Source: Candidatus Woesearchaeota archaeon (GTDB taxonomy: Archaea; Nanobdellota; Nanobdellia; Woesearchaeales; JACPBO01). Taken from it: a stretch of 48,188 nucleotides of DNA. This document shows positions 30,320-40,570 of this stretch, in pieces. Made by a program: the position numbers and the translations under genes. Under the pieces are notes generated by a model. That model ran no database searches. It was given only the letters and a program-made list of their open reading frames with translations, and was not told the origin of the DNA. Location: the NCBI GenBank assembly GCA_016180285.1, contig JACPBO010000005.1, positions 1 through 48,188 of the forward strand, written 5' to 3'. Position 1 is the first letter of the stretch. Every line of letters starts with the position of its first letter.

Positions 30320-30412
30320 AACTGGACTTAGAACTATTCTTATTTAAATATTTAATTGACAGAAATATTCTTATCGGAATAATGACTAAATATTATGAAA
30401 AGAAAAACTTAT

Positions 30413-31639
30413 TTATTTTAGCACATCAATCCCTGGCAAATGCCCTTTATTCTCAAGAAATTCCAATGATGCTCCGCCGCCTGTCGAGACCCATTTTATT
30501 TTTTCTGTCAGGCCGGATTTTGACAATGCCGCCACTGAATCGCCGCCGCCGACAACAGTATAGCCTTTATTTGCCGCAACAGCTTCTGCGATCTCCATTG
30601 TGCCGTTTATAAATGCCTCAACTTCAAAAACACCCATGGGGCCATTCCAGAATATTGTCTTAGCTTTTGCAATCTCTGATTTATACAATGCAATTGTTTT
30701 TTCGCTAATATCAAGGGCATCCTCCCCATCTTTAATTGAGCCAGCGCTGAAATCAACTTTTCCAGAATATGCTGCTTTTTTGTAATCTTTTTCTTCCTTG
30801 CCTTCTTTGATTTTAACTGGAACTATTCCGGTCAACGCATCAATCGGGATGAAAATTTTTTCCCCATATTGCGAATTCAGCAACTGCTTTACCTCTTCAA
30901 CAAAATCTTTCTCAAACTTTGAGCTGCCTATGCCATAGCCCTTTGCTTTAAAGAACGTGTTTGCCATTCCGCCGCCAATCAGGACAGCACCATACATTCT
31001 GGCCAAAAATTTTACAACCCCTATTTTGTCTTTTACCTTGGCGCCGCCAATTATTGCAACAGAGCAGCCTTTCGGCTTTAACAGGGGCTTCAGCATTTCG
31101 ATTTCTTTCATCATTAAATACCCTGCTGCAACCTTTTTGCCCTGTTTCTTCATGATTTCCGCAATGCCCTCTGTTGATGCATGCGCCCTATGCGCAGTTC
31201 CAAATGCGTCGTTTATGTAAATATCAGCCAACTCTGTTAATCTTTCTGCGAATACATAATTATTGGCCTCTTCTTCTGGATGAAATCTTAAATTTTCCAA
31301 TAATACAACATCGCCTTCTTTCATGCCATACACCGTCTTTTTAACATTTTCACCAATGCAATCCGAAGCCATTTTTACAGTCACATTAAGCAGCTCTTCA
31401 AGCTTTTTAGCAACAGGCTTTAAGCTAAATTCTTTCATGACTTTTCCATCAGGCCTTCCTAGATGGCTCATAAGAATTACTTTGCCGCCTCTGCTTCTCA
31501 CATATTTTATTGTTGGCAATGCAGCAACTATTCTGGAATCATCCGTTATATTAGTTCCTTCCATCGGAACATTGAAATCAACTCTTATTATGACCTTCTT
31601 GCCCCTGTAATAATTTTCTAAATCTTCTATTGAAAGCAT
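30413..31639 (-). CDS. pgk: Phosphoglycerate kinase (bacterial-like)
   Basis: RVDFNVP, SHLGRP, LLENLRF, NDAFGTAHRAHAS, WNGPMGVFE, STGGGASLE. Confidence 0.98.
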   Translation of the reverse strand: MLSIEDLENYYRGKKVIIRVDFNVPMEGTNITDDSRIVAALPTIKYVRSRGGKVILMSHLGRPDGKVMKEFSLKPVAKKLEELLNVTVKMASDCIGENVKKTVYGMKEGDVVLLENLRFHPEEEANNYVFAERLTELADIYINDAFGTAHRAHASTEGIAEIMKKQGKKVAAGYLMMKEIEMLKPLLKPKGCSVAIIGGAKVKDKIGVVKFLARMYGAVLIGGGMANTFFKAKGYGIGSSKFEKDFVEEVKQLLNSQYGEKIFIPIDALTGIVPVKIKEGKEEKDYKKAAYSGKVDFSAGSIKDGEDALDISEKTIALYKSEIAKAKTIFWNGPMGVFEVEAFINGTMEIAEAVAANKGYTVVGGGDSVAALSKSGLTEKIKWVSTGGGASLEFLENKGHLPGIDVLK

Positions 31640-31640
31640 T

Positions 31641-32633
<993 letters not shown>

Positions 32634-32813
32634 TTAAAACACCCCCTTGTTTTTTAAAGTGAATGAAATAAAATAAACAGCACGGATATTTAAAGTTTTG
32701 GTTTATGTGAAGTGAAGAAGTTTACACTTTCATGTGTATTTTGTTGGTGTAAAGTTGAACTTATACTTAACATTTACAAAAAATATTTAAAATAGCTTTT
32801 CAATGTTATCTCT

Positions 32814-33041
32814 ATGGGCTTCAAAATGGTGGAAATTGTTGGAGAAGACGTATTCAGGAAACTAGAGTGGAGAATTGTTGATCATGAATACAGGTCCTTA
32901 ATACGTGTTTCTTCAGAAAGGATTCATGGCTGCACAGAATGCATCTACCACCTGCCTTCTTATGGAAATATAACAGTAGATGCAAAAAATAGCTTTGAGG
33001 CTATGAGGGGCCTGTGTTCTGCTTTAAAATATATTAAATAG
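32814..33041 (+). CDS. Small hypothetical protein
   Basis: 75-aa ORF with a TATA-like TTTAAAATA about 20 nt upstream. Confidence 0.45.
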   Translation: MGFKMVEIVGEDVFRKLEWRIVDHEYRSLIRVSSERIHGCTECIYHLPSYGNITVDAKNSFEAMRGLCSALKYIK

Positions 33042-35526
33042 GTCTTGCCTTTTTATTTAGTTGTTTTTCCTTTTCAGAAATCTTCAATATCATCTTCAAA
33101 ACACTGTCGGGGTTTAGAGAAATTGAATCAATGCCGCATTCTACAAGAAACTGCGCAAATTCGGGAAAATCAGATGCTGCTTGCCCGCATATGCCTATTT
33201 TCCTGCCTTTCTCCTTTGCGATCTCGATCACAATGCTAACTAATCTTTTGACTGCTTCATTCCTTTCATCATATATCGAGGAAACCAATTCAGAATCTCT
33301 GTCAAGGCCCAATGTCAGCTGCGTCAGGTCATTAGAGCCAATGCTGAATCCATCGAATATCTCAGAGAATTTTTCAGCCAATATGACATTTGAAGGAATT
33401 TCACACATCACATAAACCTGCAAATGATTTTCTCCCCTTTTCAATCCGTTTTTCTCCATTTCTTTCAGAACTTTTTTTCCTTCTTCTATTGTCCTGCAGA
33501 AAGGAATCATGACTTTTAAATTTGTCAGACCCATTTCATCCCTTACTCTTTTGATTGCCCTGCATTCCAATGCAAATCCGTCTTTATAATTTTCAGAGTA
33601 ATACCTTGATGCGCCTCTCCAGCCGATCATCGGGTTTTCCTCATGCGGCTCAAACTGCTTTCCTCCAATAAGATTCGCATATTCATTTGTCTTGAAATCA
33701 GAAAATCTCAGTATGACGTCTTTCGGATAGAATGCTGCTGCGAGCATTGCTGCTCCTTGCGCAAGCTTGTCTACAAAATAATCTGCCTTGTTTTTGTAAT
33801 TTGATGTAAGCTCTTCTATCATCTGCTTTGCGTCTTCATCTTTAAGTTTTTTAAAATTGAGCAAAGCAAGAGGATGAATTTTAATGTAAGAATTTATTAT
33901 GAACTCCTCTCTTGCCAGGCCAACGCCATCATTAGGGATGAATGAAAGCTCTAAAGCCTGGTCAGGCTCTGCAATGTTCATCATTATTTTTGTTTTTGTT
34001 TTTGGAATTGTTTTGAGGTCAACAACCTTTTTTTTAAAATCCAGCAATCCCTCATATATAAAGCCAATATCACCTTCTGCGCAGCTCGCTGTGATATTCT
34101 GGCCTGTTTTTATTTTTTCAGTTCCGTTGTTTGTGCCGACAATGCACGGAATTCCCAGTTCACGGGAGATGATTGCTGCGTGGCATGTGCGCCCCCCTCT
34201 ATTAGTTACAATCGCAGACGCTATTTTCATTATCGGCTCCCAATCTGGATCTGTCATATCTGTGACTAAAACATCTCCTTGCTTGAACCTTGAGATTTCA
34301 TGGACATTTTTTATCACATTTGCTCTGCCTTGTCCGATCTTTTCTCCAACAGAATGGCCTGTCACAATTATTTTGCCTCTTTTTTTCAGCTCATAAATTT
34401 CATATATGTTCCTGTTTTTCTGGCTCTGCACTGTTTCAGGCCTTGCCTGCACAATGAAAAGCTTGTCTGTTTCGCCGTCCTTTGCCCATTCTATGTCCAT
34501 TGGCTTGTGATGGCCTGCTTTCCTGCTGTAATGGTCCTCAATTACGCAGCCCCATTTTGCCAATGCCAATATTTCCTTGTCTGTCAAAACAAAATTTCTT
34601 CTTTCCTCTTCTGTTGTCGGAACATTCTTTGTTGTCTTATTTCCGCCTTCATAATAAATCATTTTTATCTTTTTCTCGCCAACAGCTTTGCTGATTATTG
34701 CATTACGGCCCTGCTTTAATGTCTGCTTGAAAATGTAATATTCATCGGGATTGACTGCTCCCTGCACAACATTTTCTCCCAATCCGTAAGATGCATTTAT
34801 CAGAACAACATCCCTGAATCCTGTTTCAGTGTCTATTGTAAACATAACCCCTGCTGAAGCCTTGTCGCTTCTGACCATTTTTTGGATTCCAATTGAAAGG
34901 TAAACTTTGAAATGATCGAATTTTTTATCCACTCTGTAGCTTATCGCCCTGTCTGTGAATAAAGAGGCGAAACATTTTTTGCATGCATCTAGCAATTGAG
35001 AATGGCCTCTTATGTTGAGATAAGTTTCCTGCTGGCCTGCAAAGCTTGCATCCGGCAAATCTTCTGCTGTGGCTGATGACCTTACTGCAACATCGCAGTT
35101 CTTGCCGTATTGTTTGCACAGCTTATCGTAAGCTTTTGTTATTGCGCGCTTTAATTCATAAGGAAACTCTGCTGATTTGATTAATTCCCTTGTCTTTTGG
35201 CCTCTTTCTGACAGGTCTTTTATGCTCGTTGTTTTCAGCCCTTTGAAAATTCTTTTTATGTCATCGCCTATTTTTTCTGTTTTCAGGAAATATCTGTAAG
35301 CATAGGCTGTTACTGCAAATCCATTCGGTATATTGATGCCTTTCTTTGTAAGCTGCCTGTACATTTCTCCTAAAGAGGCATTTTTGCCTCCGACAAGCGG
35401 AACATCCTCTATGCCAAGATCATTAAACCACAGAATAAAGGATTTTAACCTGTCAAAAACCTTTGGTTTTTGAGCATGCTCAGAAATCCTTTGAATTTCT
35501 GACATGTTTGAACTATGCTTATCCAA
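33034..35526 (-). CDS. ppsA: Phosphoenolpyruvate synthase with an 18-aa element-derived N-terminal insert
   Basis: VGGKNASLGEM, VAVRSSATAED, GGRTCHAAI (phospho-His), SIGSNDLTQ. TTG start with a GAGGTG SD. Confidence 0.97.
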   Translation of the reverse strand: MDKHSSNMSEIQRISEHAQKPKVFDRLKSFILWFNDLGIEDVPLVGGKNASLGEMYRQLTKKGINIPNGFAVTAYAYRYFLKTEKIGDDIKRIFKGLKTTSIKDLSERGQKTRELIKSAEFPYELKRAITKAYDKLCKQYGKNCDVAVRSSATAEDLPDASFAGQQETYLNIRGHSQLLDACKKCFASLFTDRAISYRVDKKFDHFKVYLSIGIQKMVRSDKASAGVMFTIDTETGFRDVVLINASYGLGENVVQGAVNPDEYYIFKQTLKQGRNAIISKAVGEKKIKMIYYEGGNKTTKNVPTTEEERRNFVLTDKEILALAKWGCVIEDHYSRKAGHHKPMDIEWAKDGETDKLFIVQARPETVQSQKNRNIYEIYELKKRGKIIVTGHSVGEKIGQGRANVIKNVHEISRFKQGDVLVTDMTDPDWEPIMKIASAIVTNRGGRTCHAAIISRELGIPCIVGTNNGTEKIKTGQNITASCAEGDIGFIYEGLLDFKKKVVDLKTIPKTKTKIMMNIAEPDQALELSFIPNDGVGLAREEFIINSYIKIHPLALLNFKKLKDEDAKQMIEELTSNYKNKADYFVDKLAQGAAMLAAAFYPKDVILRFSDFKTNEYANLIGGKQFEPHEENPMIGWRGASRYYSENYKDGFALECRAIKRVRDEMGLTNLKVMIPFCRTIEEGKKVLKEMEKNGLKRGENHLQVYVMCEIPSNVILAEKFSEIFDGFSIGSNDLTQLTLGLDRDSELVSSIYDERNEAVKRLVSIVIEIAKEKGRKIGICGQAASDFPEFAQFLVECGIDSISLNPDSVLKMILKISEKEKQLNKKARPI
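35451..35504 (-). mobile_element. Double-hairpin insertion element, copy B (minimal, 54 bp, in frame in ppsA)
   Basis: TGTCAAAAACC TTT GGTTTTTGA GCATGC TCAGAAATCC TTT GAATTTCTGACA; encodes MSEIQRISEHAQKPKVFD. Confidence 0.85.
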
Positions 35527-35621
35527 AATACCACCTCTTTTAATGAGTATTGTAAAAGGCGTTATTTAAATAGTTTTTGGATTTTGGCTCTTAAGAATTC
35601 ATTCTAGGAAAAATTGAAAGA

Positions 35622-36179
35622 TTAGTGCATATTTTTAATAATTTGTTCTAAACCGCTAGCTATTGTTGGCATTTGGGCAGATAATTCAGTAATGCAATGT
35701 TGCGTACTTATTAAGCATTGCTGTCCTATGTCGCTTGCATTCGCTAAGTAATGTTTTCCTGCATCAATCGCATTTGCCAAGTATTGTTGCCCCAAGTCAA
35801 TATAAGCTGCCATTTTATCTTGATGCTTACTATAACTGCGTAATGCTTGTCTGATTGGCACTACTACTCCTAAACCAAAAGCCTTCAATATATGAATGCC
35901 CCCGCCTATTGCCCAATCAGGATTTTTTCCGATCATCGGTCCTGTTGTAAGATACAAACCAAATTTATCTCCAAAACCCAGAATGCCGCCAAGGTATAAC
36001 CAGATTTCATGCCCCCAAAGGGAAAACAATCCTTGCCCGCCGTTAGCAGAATCTTTATCAGAATTTCCGTTCTTTGCTGCGCCAAGTCCATGCCCGGAAT
36101 CTCCTGATGGCGGGTCGTCACCTAATCCGCCTCCAATAATTGCTCCGATTGCAAAACCATACCATACATTTTCTCCCAT
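35622..36179 (-). CDS. Gly-rich membrane-associated hypothetical protein
   Basis: AGGAG SD; Gly-rich hydrophobic segments; three 11-aa repeats near the C-terminus. Confidence 0.55.
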   Translation of the reverse strand: MGENVWYGFAIGAIIGGGLGDDPPSGDSGHGLGAAKNGNSDKDSANGGQGLFSLWGHEIWLYLGGILGFGDKFGLYLTTGPMIGKNPDWAIGGGIHILKAFGLGVVVPIRQALRSYSKHQDKMAAYIDLGQQYLANAIDAGKHYLANASDIGQQCLISTQHCITELSAQMPTIASGLEQIIKNMH

Positions 36180-36277
36180 TTTGATCTCCTTAAATTTAAC
36201 AGTTGGATTATATTTTTTAAATCTTTCTAATTTTTAAGACAGATCCGAATCAGAACTAGAATTCATTATGGATGGAG

Positions 36278-37009
36278 TTATTTTATCGTCTTCCAGAGAA
36301 AGTCAAAGTATTTTCTGTAATTGTTTGCAAGAGTTTTATGTTTTATTACAAATGCAATTGGTTTTTCCAGCCACAGAACATTTGCAACATAATCGCCGTA
36401 AATATAAATAACGTTAAGCCCGCTTAATATTCTTGGCAGAACTTTATACTCATAGTATTTTGATTTTGTTATAGGTTTTCTTTTTGCTTCATGAACAAGC
36501 AATAATTTCCAGGTGCACTTTAACTTTTCTCGTTTTTTGTTATATTGCGGCCAAAAATAAGGCAATCTGTCCTGAACATCGCCGGTTGCGCCGATAAATA
36601 AGACTTCTTTGTAATTCAGGCACTCTTTCAGTATTGTTTTAATTCCTTCTGTTCCGCGATAGATCTCAGACTCTATCTCAGCAGGAGCTTCGTTAAAAAG
36701 GGAATTCATTTCAGAAATGGTGTTTTGAATTTCCTGCTTTTGCTCTTCTATCTTTGCTTTTTTCTCATCAAGGTATTTTTCTAAATTCTCGGGATTTTTT
36801 GCCTGAAAGACCCTTATTTTATTTTCAATGACATAACTGACAAGACCTTTCTCAATAAGCTTATTTAAAGCGTCATAAAGGTTTTTTCTGTAAATGCCTG
36901 TATCTTCTACAATCTTGCCGGCAGAAGTTGCTCCAAGAGCCAATAAAGCCAAATAAATCTTTATTTCTGTTTCTGTTAAACCTATTTCCTTCAGTATTTT
37001 TGTGTCCAT
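36278..37009 (-). CDS. TrmB family transcription regulator
   Basis: LKEIGLTETEIKIYLALL...YDALNKLIEKGLV wHTH plus a C-terminal effector domain (IYIYGDYV...FDFLW). Confidence 0.9.
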   Translation of the reverse strand: MDTKILKEIGLTETEIKIYLALLALGATSAGKIVEDTGIYRKNLYDALNKLIEKGLVSYVIENKIRVFQAKNPENLEKYLDEKKAKIEEQKQEIQNTISEMNSLFNEAPAEIESEIYRGTEGIKTILKECLNYKEVLFIGATGDVQDRLPYFWPQYNKKREKLKCTWKLLLVHEAKRKPITKSKYYEYKVLPRILSGLNVIYIYGDYVANVLWLEKPIAFVIKHKTLANNYRKYFDFLWKTIK

Positions 37010-37106
37010 ACAGAAAGAAAGTTATTCGGATATATAAATTTTGTGGTAGTATGAGAATACTACAAAGATTAATAAAATCGTCAGTATTCTTTTAAGAGTG
37101 ATTAAA

Positions 37107-37499
37107 ATGGATGAACAAAAGGAAATTTCAGATACTGTTGAAAAATATATGGCTTGTTTTAAACCAAAAGTAAACCTTTTCACAAAAAAAAGAGTTATGA
37201 GAGAAATAACACTGATTTTCAAAGAAAAGATAGAACTAGAATCCGATGTAGATTTTGCCAGCCTAGGTTTTGGTTTTCTATATGATGAGGCACAAAAGAA
37301 CAAAATCAAAGAAAAATTATTAGAACCAAATAAGCTATCAGAGACAGAAAGGCAAATCTACGGGTTTTATGATGGATTAAACAATAATCAAATTAGAAAC
37401 ATATTCTTTATGGCTGATACCACATATATGAAAGGATATGATGTGGGGCACAACATGTTAACGCAAAATTGCACTCATGCAGGAGGTAAAAAATGTTAG
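37107..37499 (+). CDS. Hypothetical protein
   Basis: ATG at 37107 (GTG 37098 is an alternative); first gene of an ORFan-like run. Confidence 0.55.
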   Translation: MDEQKEISDTVEKYMACFKPKVNLFTKKRVMREITLIFKEKIELESDVDFASLGFGFLYDEAQKNKIKEKLLEPNKLSETERQIYGFYDGLNNNQIRNIFFMADTTYMKGYDVGHNMLTQNCTHAGGKKC

Positions 37500-37526
37500 A
37501 AGGAATCTAAAGGCGAATGGGTAAGC

Positions 37527-38036
37527 ATGACTGATAAAAATTGCGATATATGGTCTGAGGAACAGCGTGACTGGATAAACATTCCCATATTTAAAATAGC
37601 TCACAAAGTTAATGATTCTTTAGATAGATTCACTGATTATAGGGTCACATTTGACTCTTCTAAAGGAATAGCTATTTCTAGATTTGAGGTTTTTCCTTAT
37701 GAAGAAGAAACAGTAAAACAACCTAGTTATATGCTTATAAGGGAATACAAGGAGCAATTACTCCCTGGAAATATGAATACTGCTGACAGATGGAAATACT
37801 CTCATGCACATAATCTGTGGTTTAGAGAAACGACGAGTAAGGACTTAGATCAATTCATAGAAAATCTCTTATCGGAAGAGTTTGAAAGGTCAAGAGAAAC
37901 ATCTGAACATGAATTATATAAAGATCCTATCCAGTTTTCCAAAGCAATTGGTGAATTATTGAGGGATATCAGTATTTATAATCGGATGAAATATAATCCC
38001 TATGACCGCTTAAATCTGGAAAGATTGTTTTGGTGA
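37527..38036 (+). CDS. Hypothetical protein; true start possibly 37493 via a 1-nt frameshift
   Basis: 169-aa ORF. The SD-linked ATG at 37493 is one base out of frame. Confidence 0.5.
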   Translation: MTDKNCDIWSEEQRDWINIPIFKIAHKVNDSLDRFTDYRVTFDSSKGIAISRFEVFPYEEETVKQPSYMLIREYKEQLLPGNMNTADRWKYSHAHNLWFRETTSKDLDQFIENLLSEEFERSRETSEHELYKDPIQFSKAIGELLRDISIYNRMKYNPYDRLNLERLFW

Positions 38037-38044
38037 GGTAAAAA

Positions 38045-38644
38045 ATGAAAACCACAGATCTTGAATCAACAATAGAAAAACCAAAAGAACGCAAACTGCG
38101 ATATAATTTTGAAAATAGCCTGACAACAGATGACGGACTAACGAGATATGTGGCTAAAATAAGAGCACATGGTTTTGGCCTATCCGTTGGTGCATATATT
38201 AGTTTAGCAAGATATGATTATACAAAAATACCTAAAAAATCATTGAAGCTTGAATGGACGCCCCTGCCAAAATTATCCATAAAAGAAGAATTAAAAGATG
38301 TTGAAAGAGAGATATGGAAAATAGAAATATGTTCTATTTGTTTCGCTTGGTCATTAACAGATTTTAATAGATATTCTCAAATCGGGCATTACGGGATTGA
38401 GGGCAATACTAATAGGATCTATGAAGAATTACAATCAGAAGCAAGAAGAAAAAATATACTCATTCAAGATAACCTGATCAATCTGCTTACAGTTCCATAT
38501 TTATCGCTTAGAAATGAATTTAAAAAACACATAGAAAAAGAAAGAAGACCGGTTCTTTCCAAAGGCGTCTTAGATGAAAAAGTGCTCTACTCAGATCAAA
38601 TAGATGAGGTGAAATCCTTCCAAAGGTATGTTGATCAAAAGTAG
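38045..38644 (+). CDS. Hypothetical protein
   Basis: 199 aa; GAGGT SD. Confidence 0.6.
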   Translation: MKTTDLESTIEKPKERKLRYNFENSLTTDDGLTRYVAKIRAHGFGLSVGAYISLARYDYTKIPKKSLKLEWTPLPKLSIKEELKDVEREIWKIEICSICFAWSLTDFNRYSQIGHYGIEGNTNRIYEELQSEARRKNILIQDNLINLLTVPYLSLRNEFKKHIEKERRPVLSKGVLDEKVLYSDQIDEVKSFQRYVDQK

Positions 38645-38683
38645 AAAGTGAAATAATTCAAAATATGTATTTGGGAAGAGGAA

Positions 38684-39460
38684 GTGATTAAAATGTCAGA
38701 AGAATATGCTTTCACATTGAAATTGGATCATAAAACAATAGAAGAAGTTCTTAAATCAATTTTCAGAAACATTCCTCTCGAGAAGTCTGTATTCGAATTG
38801 CATACTGAGCTTTTGTATAAAAGAGATTGTGATGATGAGCTTATTTCTGGAACTGGACTCACGAAATCTTTACAAGACTCTGTTGTTATGTTGCCGCAAA
38901 TTGCACATTACTCTAGGCCTGTTAATTTTGGACAACAAGAAGTTAGCGTACTTGGTCCTTACAGCCTGCTTGGCTCTGAAAATATGAGATACTCATTTAA
39001 TTCGTTTAATCCTTTTTATTTTGTAGCAACAAAAAAGAAGAAAGAAGAACTATCTGAGCGAATCTTTAAACAAGGAGAGCAATTCTTGGAACGACAACAT
39101 CAATTATGGATTACGCCATCAACTCTAGTTATTTATCAAAGTAACTCATATGAATGCAAGACAAGGAAACACTTATTTGGAAAAAGACATGATCTACTGA
39201 TAAAACCAGAGATATATGGATTAGTTGATTGTGAATTTTCTGGTCCTTTTGATGCAAACATTTACATGATAGAGTCTAAAAAAGGCATAATAGACCTTTT
39301 CTTAAATGGCCTTTTGCAGCGTATAGGAAATAATGAAGTAGAAAGAAACAGCTGGTGTATTCTCACCAATGAATCTTTTCCACGAACTGCTGAAAGTTTT
39401 ATTTTAGAGAAAGGCTTCAAAAAAGATACATCGTGTGAGAACAAAATATCCGAAGGATAA
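38684..39460 (+). CDS. Hypothetical protein
   Basis: 258 aa; ATG 38693 is an alternative start. Confidence 0.6.
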   Translation: MIKMSEEYAFTLKLDHKTIEEVLKSIFRNIPLEKSVFELHTELLYKRDCDDELISGTGLTKSLQDSVVMLPQIAHYSRPVNFGQQEVSVLGPYSLLGSENMRYSFNSFNPFYFVATKKKKEELSERIFKQGEQFLERQHQLWITPSTLVIYQSNSYECKTRKHLFGKRHDLLIKPEIYGLVDCEFSGPFDANIYMIESKKGIIDLFLNGLLQRIGNNEVERNSWCILTNESFPRTAESFILEKGFKKDTSCENKISEG

Positions 39461-39573
39461 AAAACATTAATCCCATATAGTGCTCCTTCTCCGATTGGCT
39501 GGCACCGATTATCATGCTTTTTTTGCTCTAAAAACAAAAAACTTTAAAAAAAGAGAAGATATTACAGCCTTAA

Positions 39574-39894
39574 ATGCATGAAACCATCATTGCTAACCAG
39601 CTGATCGAGGAAGCCAAGAAGCAGGGCAATGTGAGGAAGATCGTTGTTGAAGTGGGGGAGCTAGCTGACATGCCTGCTGAAGAGCTAGAGGAAACATTAA
39701 AGGCAATGGTGCCATGGGAAGTTGTTATTGTGAAGGCAAAGTCAAAAGTAACCTGTCCATGCGGCTATGAAGGCGATCCAAAGATCATCTCCCAGGAGCA
39801 TGATGCTGTCATTTATGAATGCCCTGAATGCACCCAAGTGCCTGATGTTGCTTACGGCGATGAGATTATTCTGAAAGAGGTTGTTGTGCAATAA
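39574..39894 (+). CDS. hypA: Hydrogenase nickel incorporation protein
   Basis: N-terminal MHE; VEVGEL; CPC...CPEC. Confidence 0.92.
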   Translation: MHETIIANQLIEEAKKQGNVRKIVVEVGELADMPAEELEETLKAMVPWEVVIVKAKSKVTCPCGYEGDPKIISQEHDAVIYECPECTQVPDVAYGDEIILKEVVVQ

Positions 39895-40100
39895 TGTGCC
39901 TTGCAATACCTGGAAGAATAACTGAAATTGACGGCGAAAAAGCCATTGTTGATTATGGCTCTGAAAAAAGGGAAGCAAGGCTGCTGGATAAAAGCTTTAA
40001 AGTAGGAGACTATGTAATAGTGGGCGGCAAAATAGTTCTTGACAGGATTCCCGAGCAGGAAGCTTTAGAGGCAATAAAAGCCTGGGAATCGCTAAAATGA
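39894..40100 (+). CDS. hypC: Hydrogenase assembly chaperone
   Basis: MCLAIPG; VGDYVIV. Confidence 0.95.
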   Translation: MCLAIPGRITEIDGEKAIVDYGSEKREARLLDKSFKVGDYVIVGGKIVLDRIPEQEALEAIKAWESLK

Positions 40101-40570
40101 GGGTTGAAAAGTATTTTTTAAGATACGCTTTTCCGTGCGCTTTTGTAATCAGAGCCAGAGATGAAATTGATGATGCTGCTTATTCTGAGCTTGAAGATGC
40201 TGCTGTCAAAGGCAAGCTCATTGCGAGGGACAAATTGGAGAAGATTTTTCACAGGGCTTTTGCTGAAATCAGCAGGATAGCAAGGGAAAAAGGGAAAAAT
40301 AAGTGGGATCCTTCTGTGATAAGGCATTATTTCCTGAACGAGCACAATAAGATAATTGACAGGAGAGAGGGATCTTACAGGAATTTTCCTCCAGCATTGT
40401 GCGAGCTTTCCAAAGTATTAGTCGGGGAGAGCATTGAAAAGAACAATGATGTGCTTTCTGTGAAAATAAAAGACAAAACAAGAAGGGTGCTGAATCATTT
40501 TGCGCCGGAAGCGAAAGCAGGGGATAAGGTTACAGTGCATTACGGGTATGCGGTTGAGGTTGTGGATTGA
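40097..40570 (+). CDS. Hyp-associated protein with a HypC-like C-terminal motif (DUF6390-like)
   Basis: RYAFPC at the N-terminus; AGDKVTVHYGYAVE at the C-terminus; ATGA overlap with hypC. Confidence 0.6.
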   Translation: MRVEKYFLRYAFPCAFVIRARDEIDDAAYSELEDAAVKGKLIARDKLEKIFHRAFAEISRIAREKGKNKWDPSVIRHYFLNEHNKIIDRREGSYRNFPPALCELSKVLVGESIEKNNDVLSVKIKDKTRRVLNHFAPEAKAGDKVTVHYGYAVEVVD

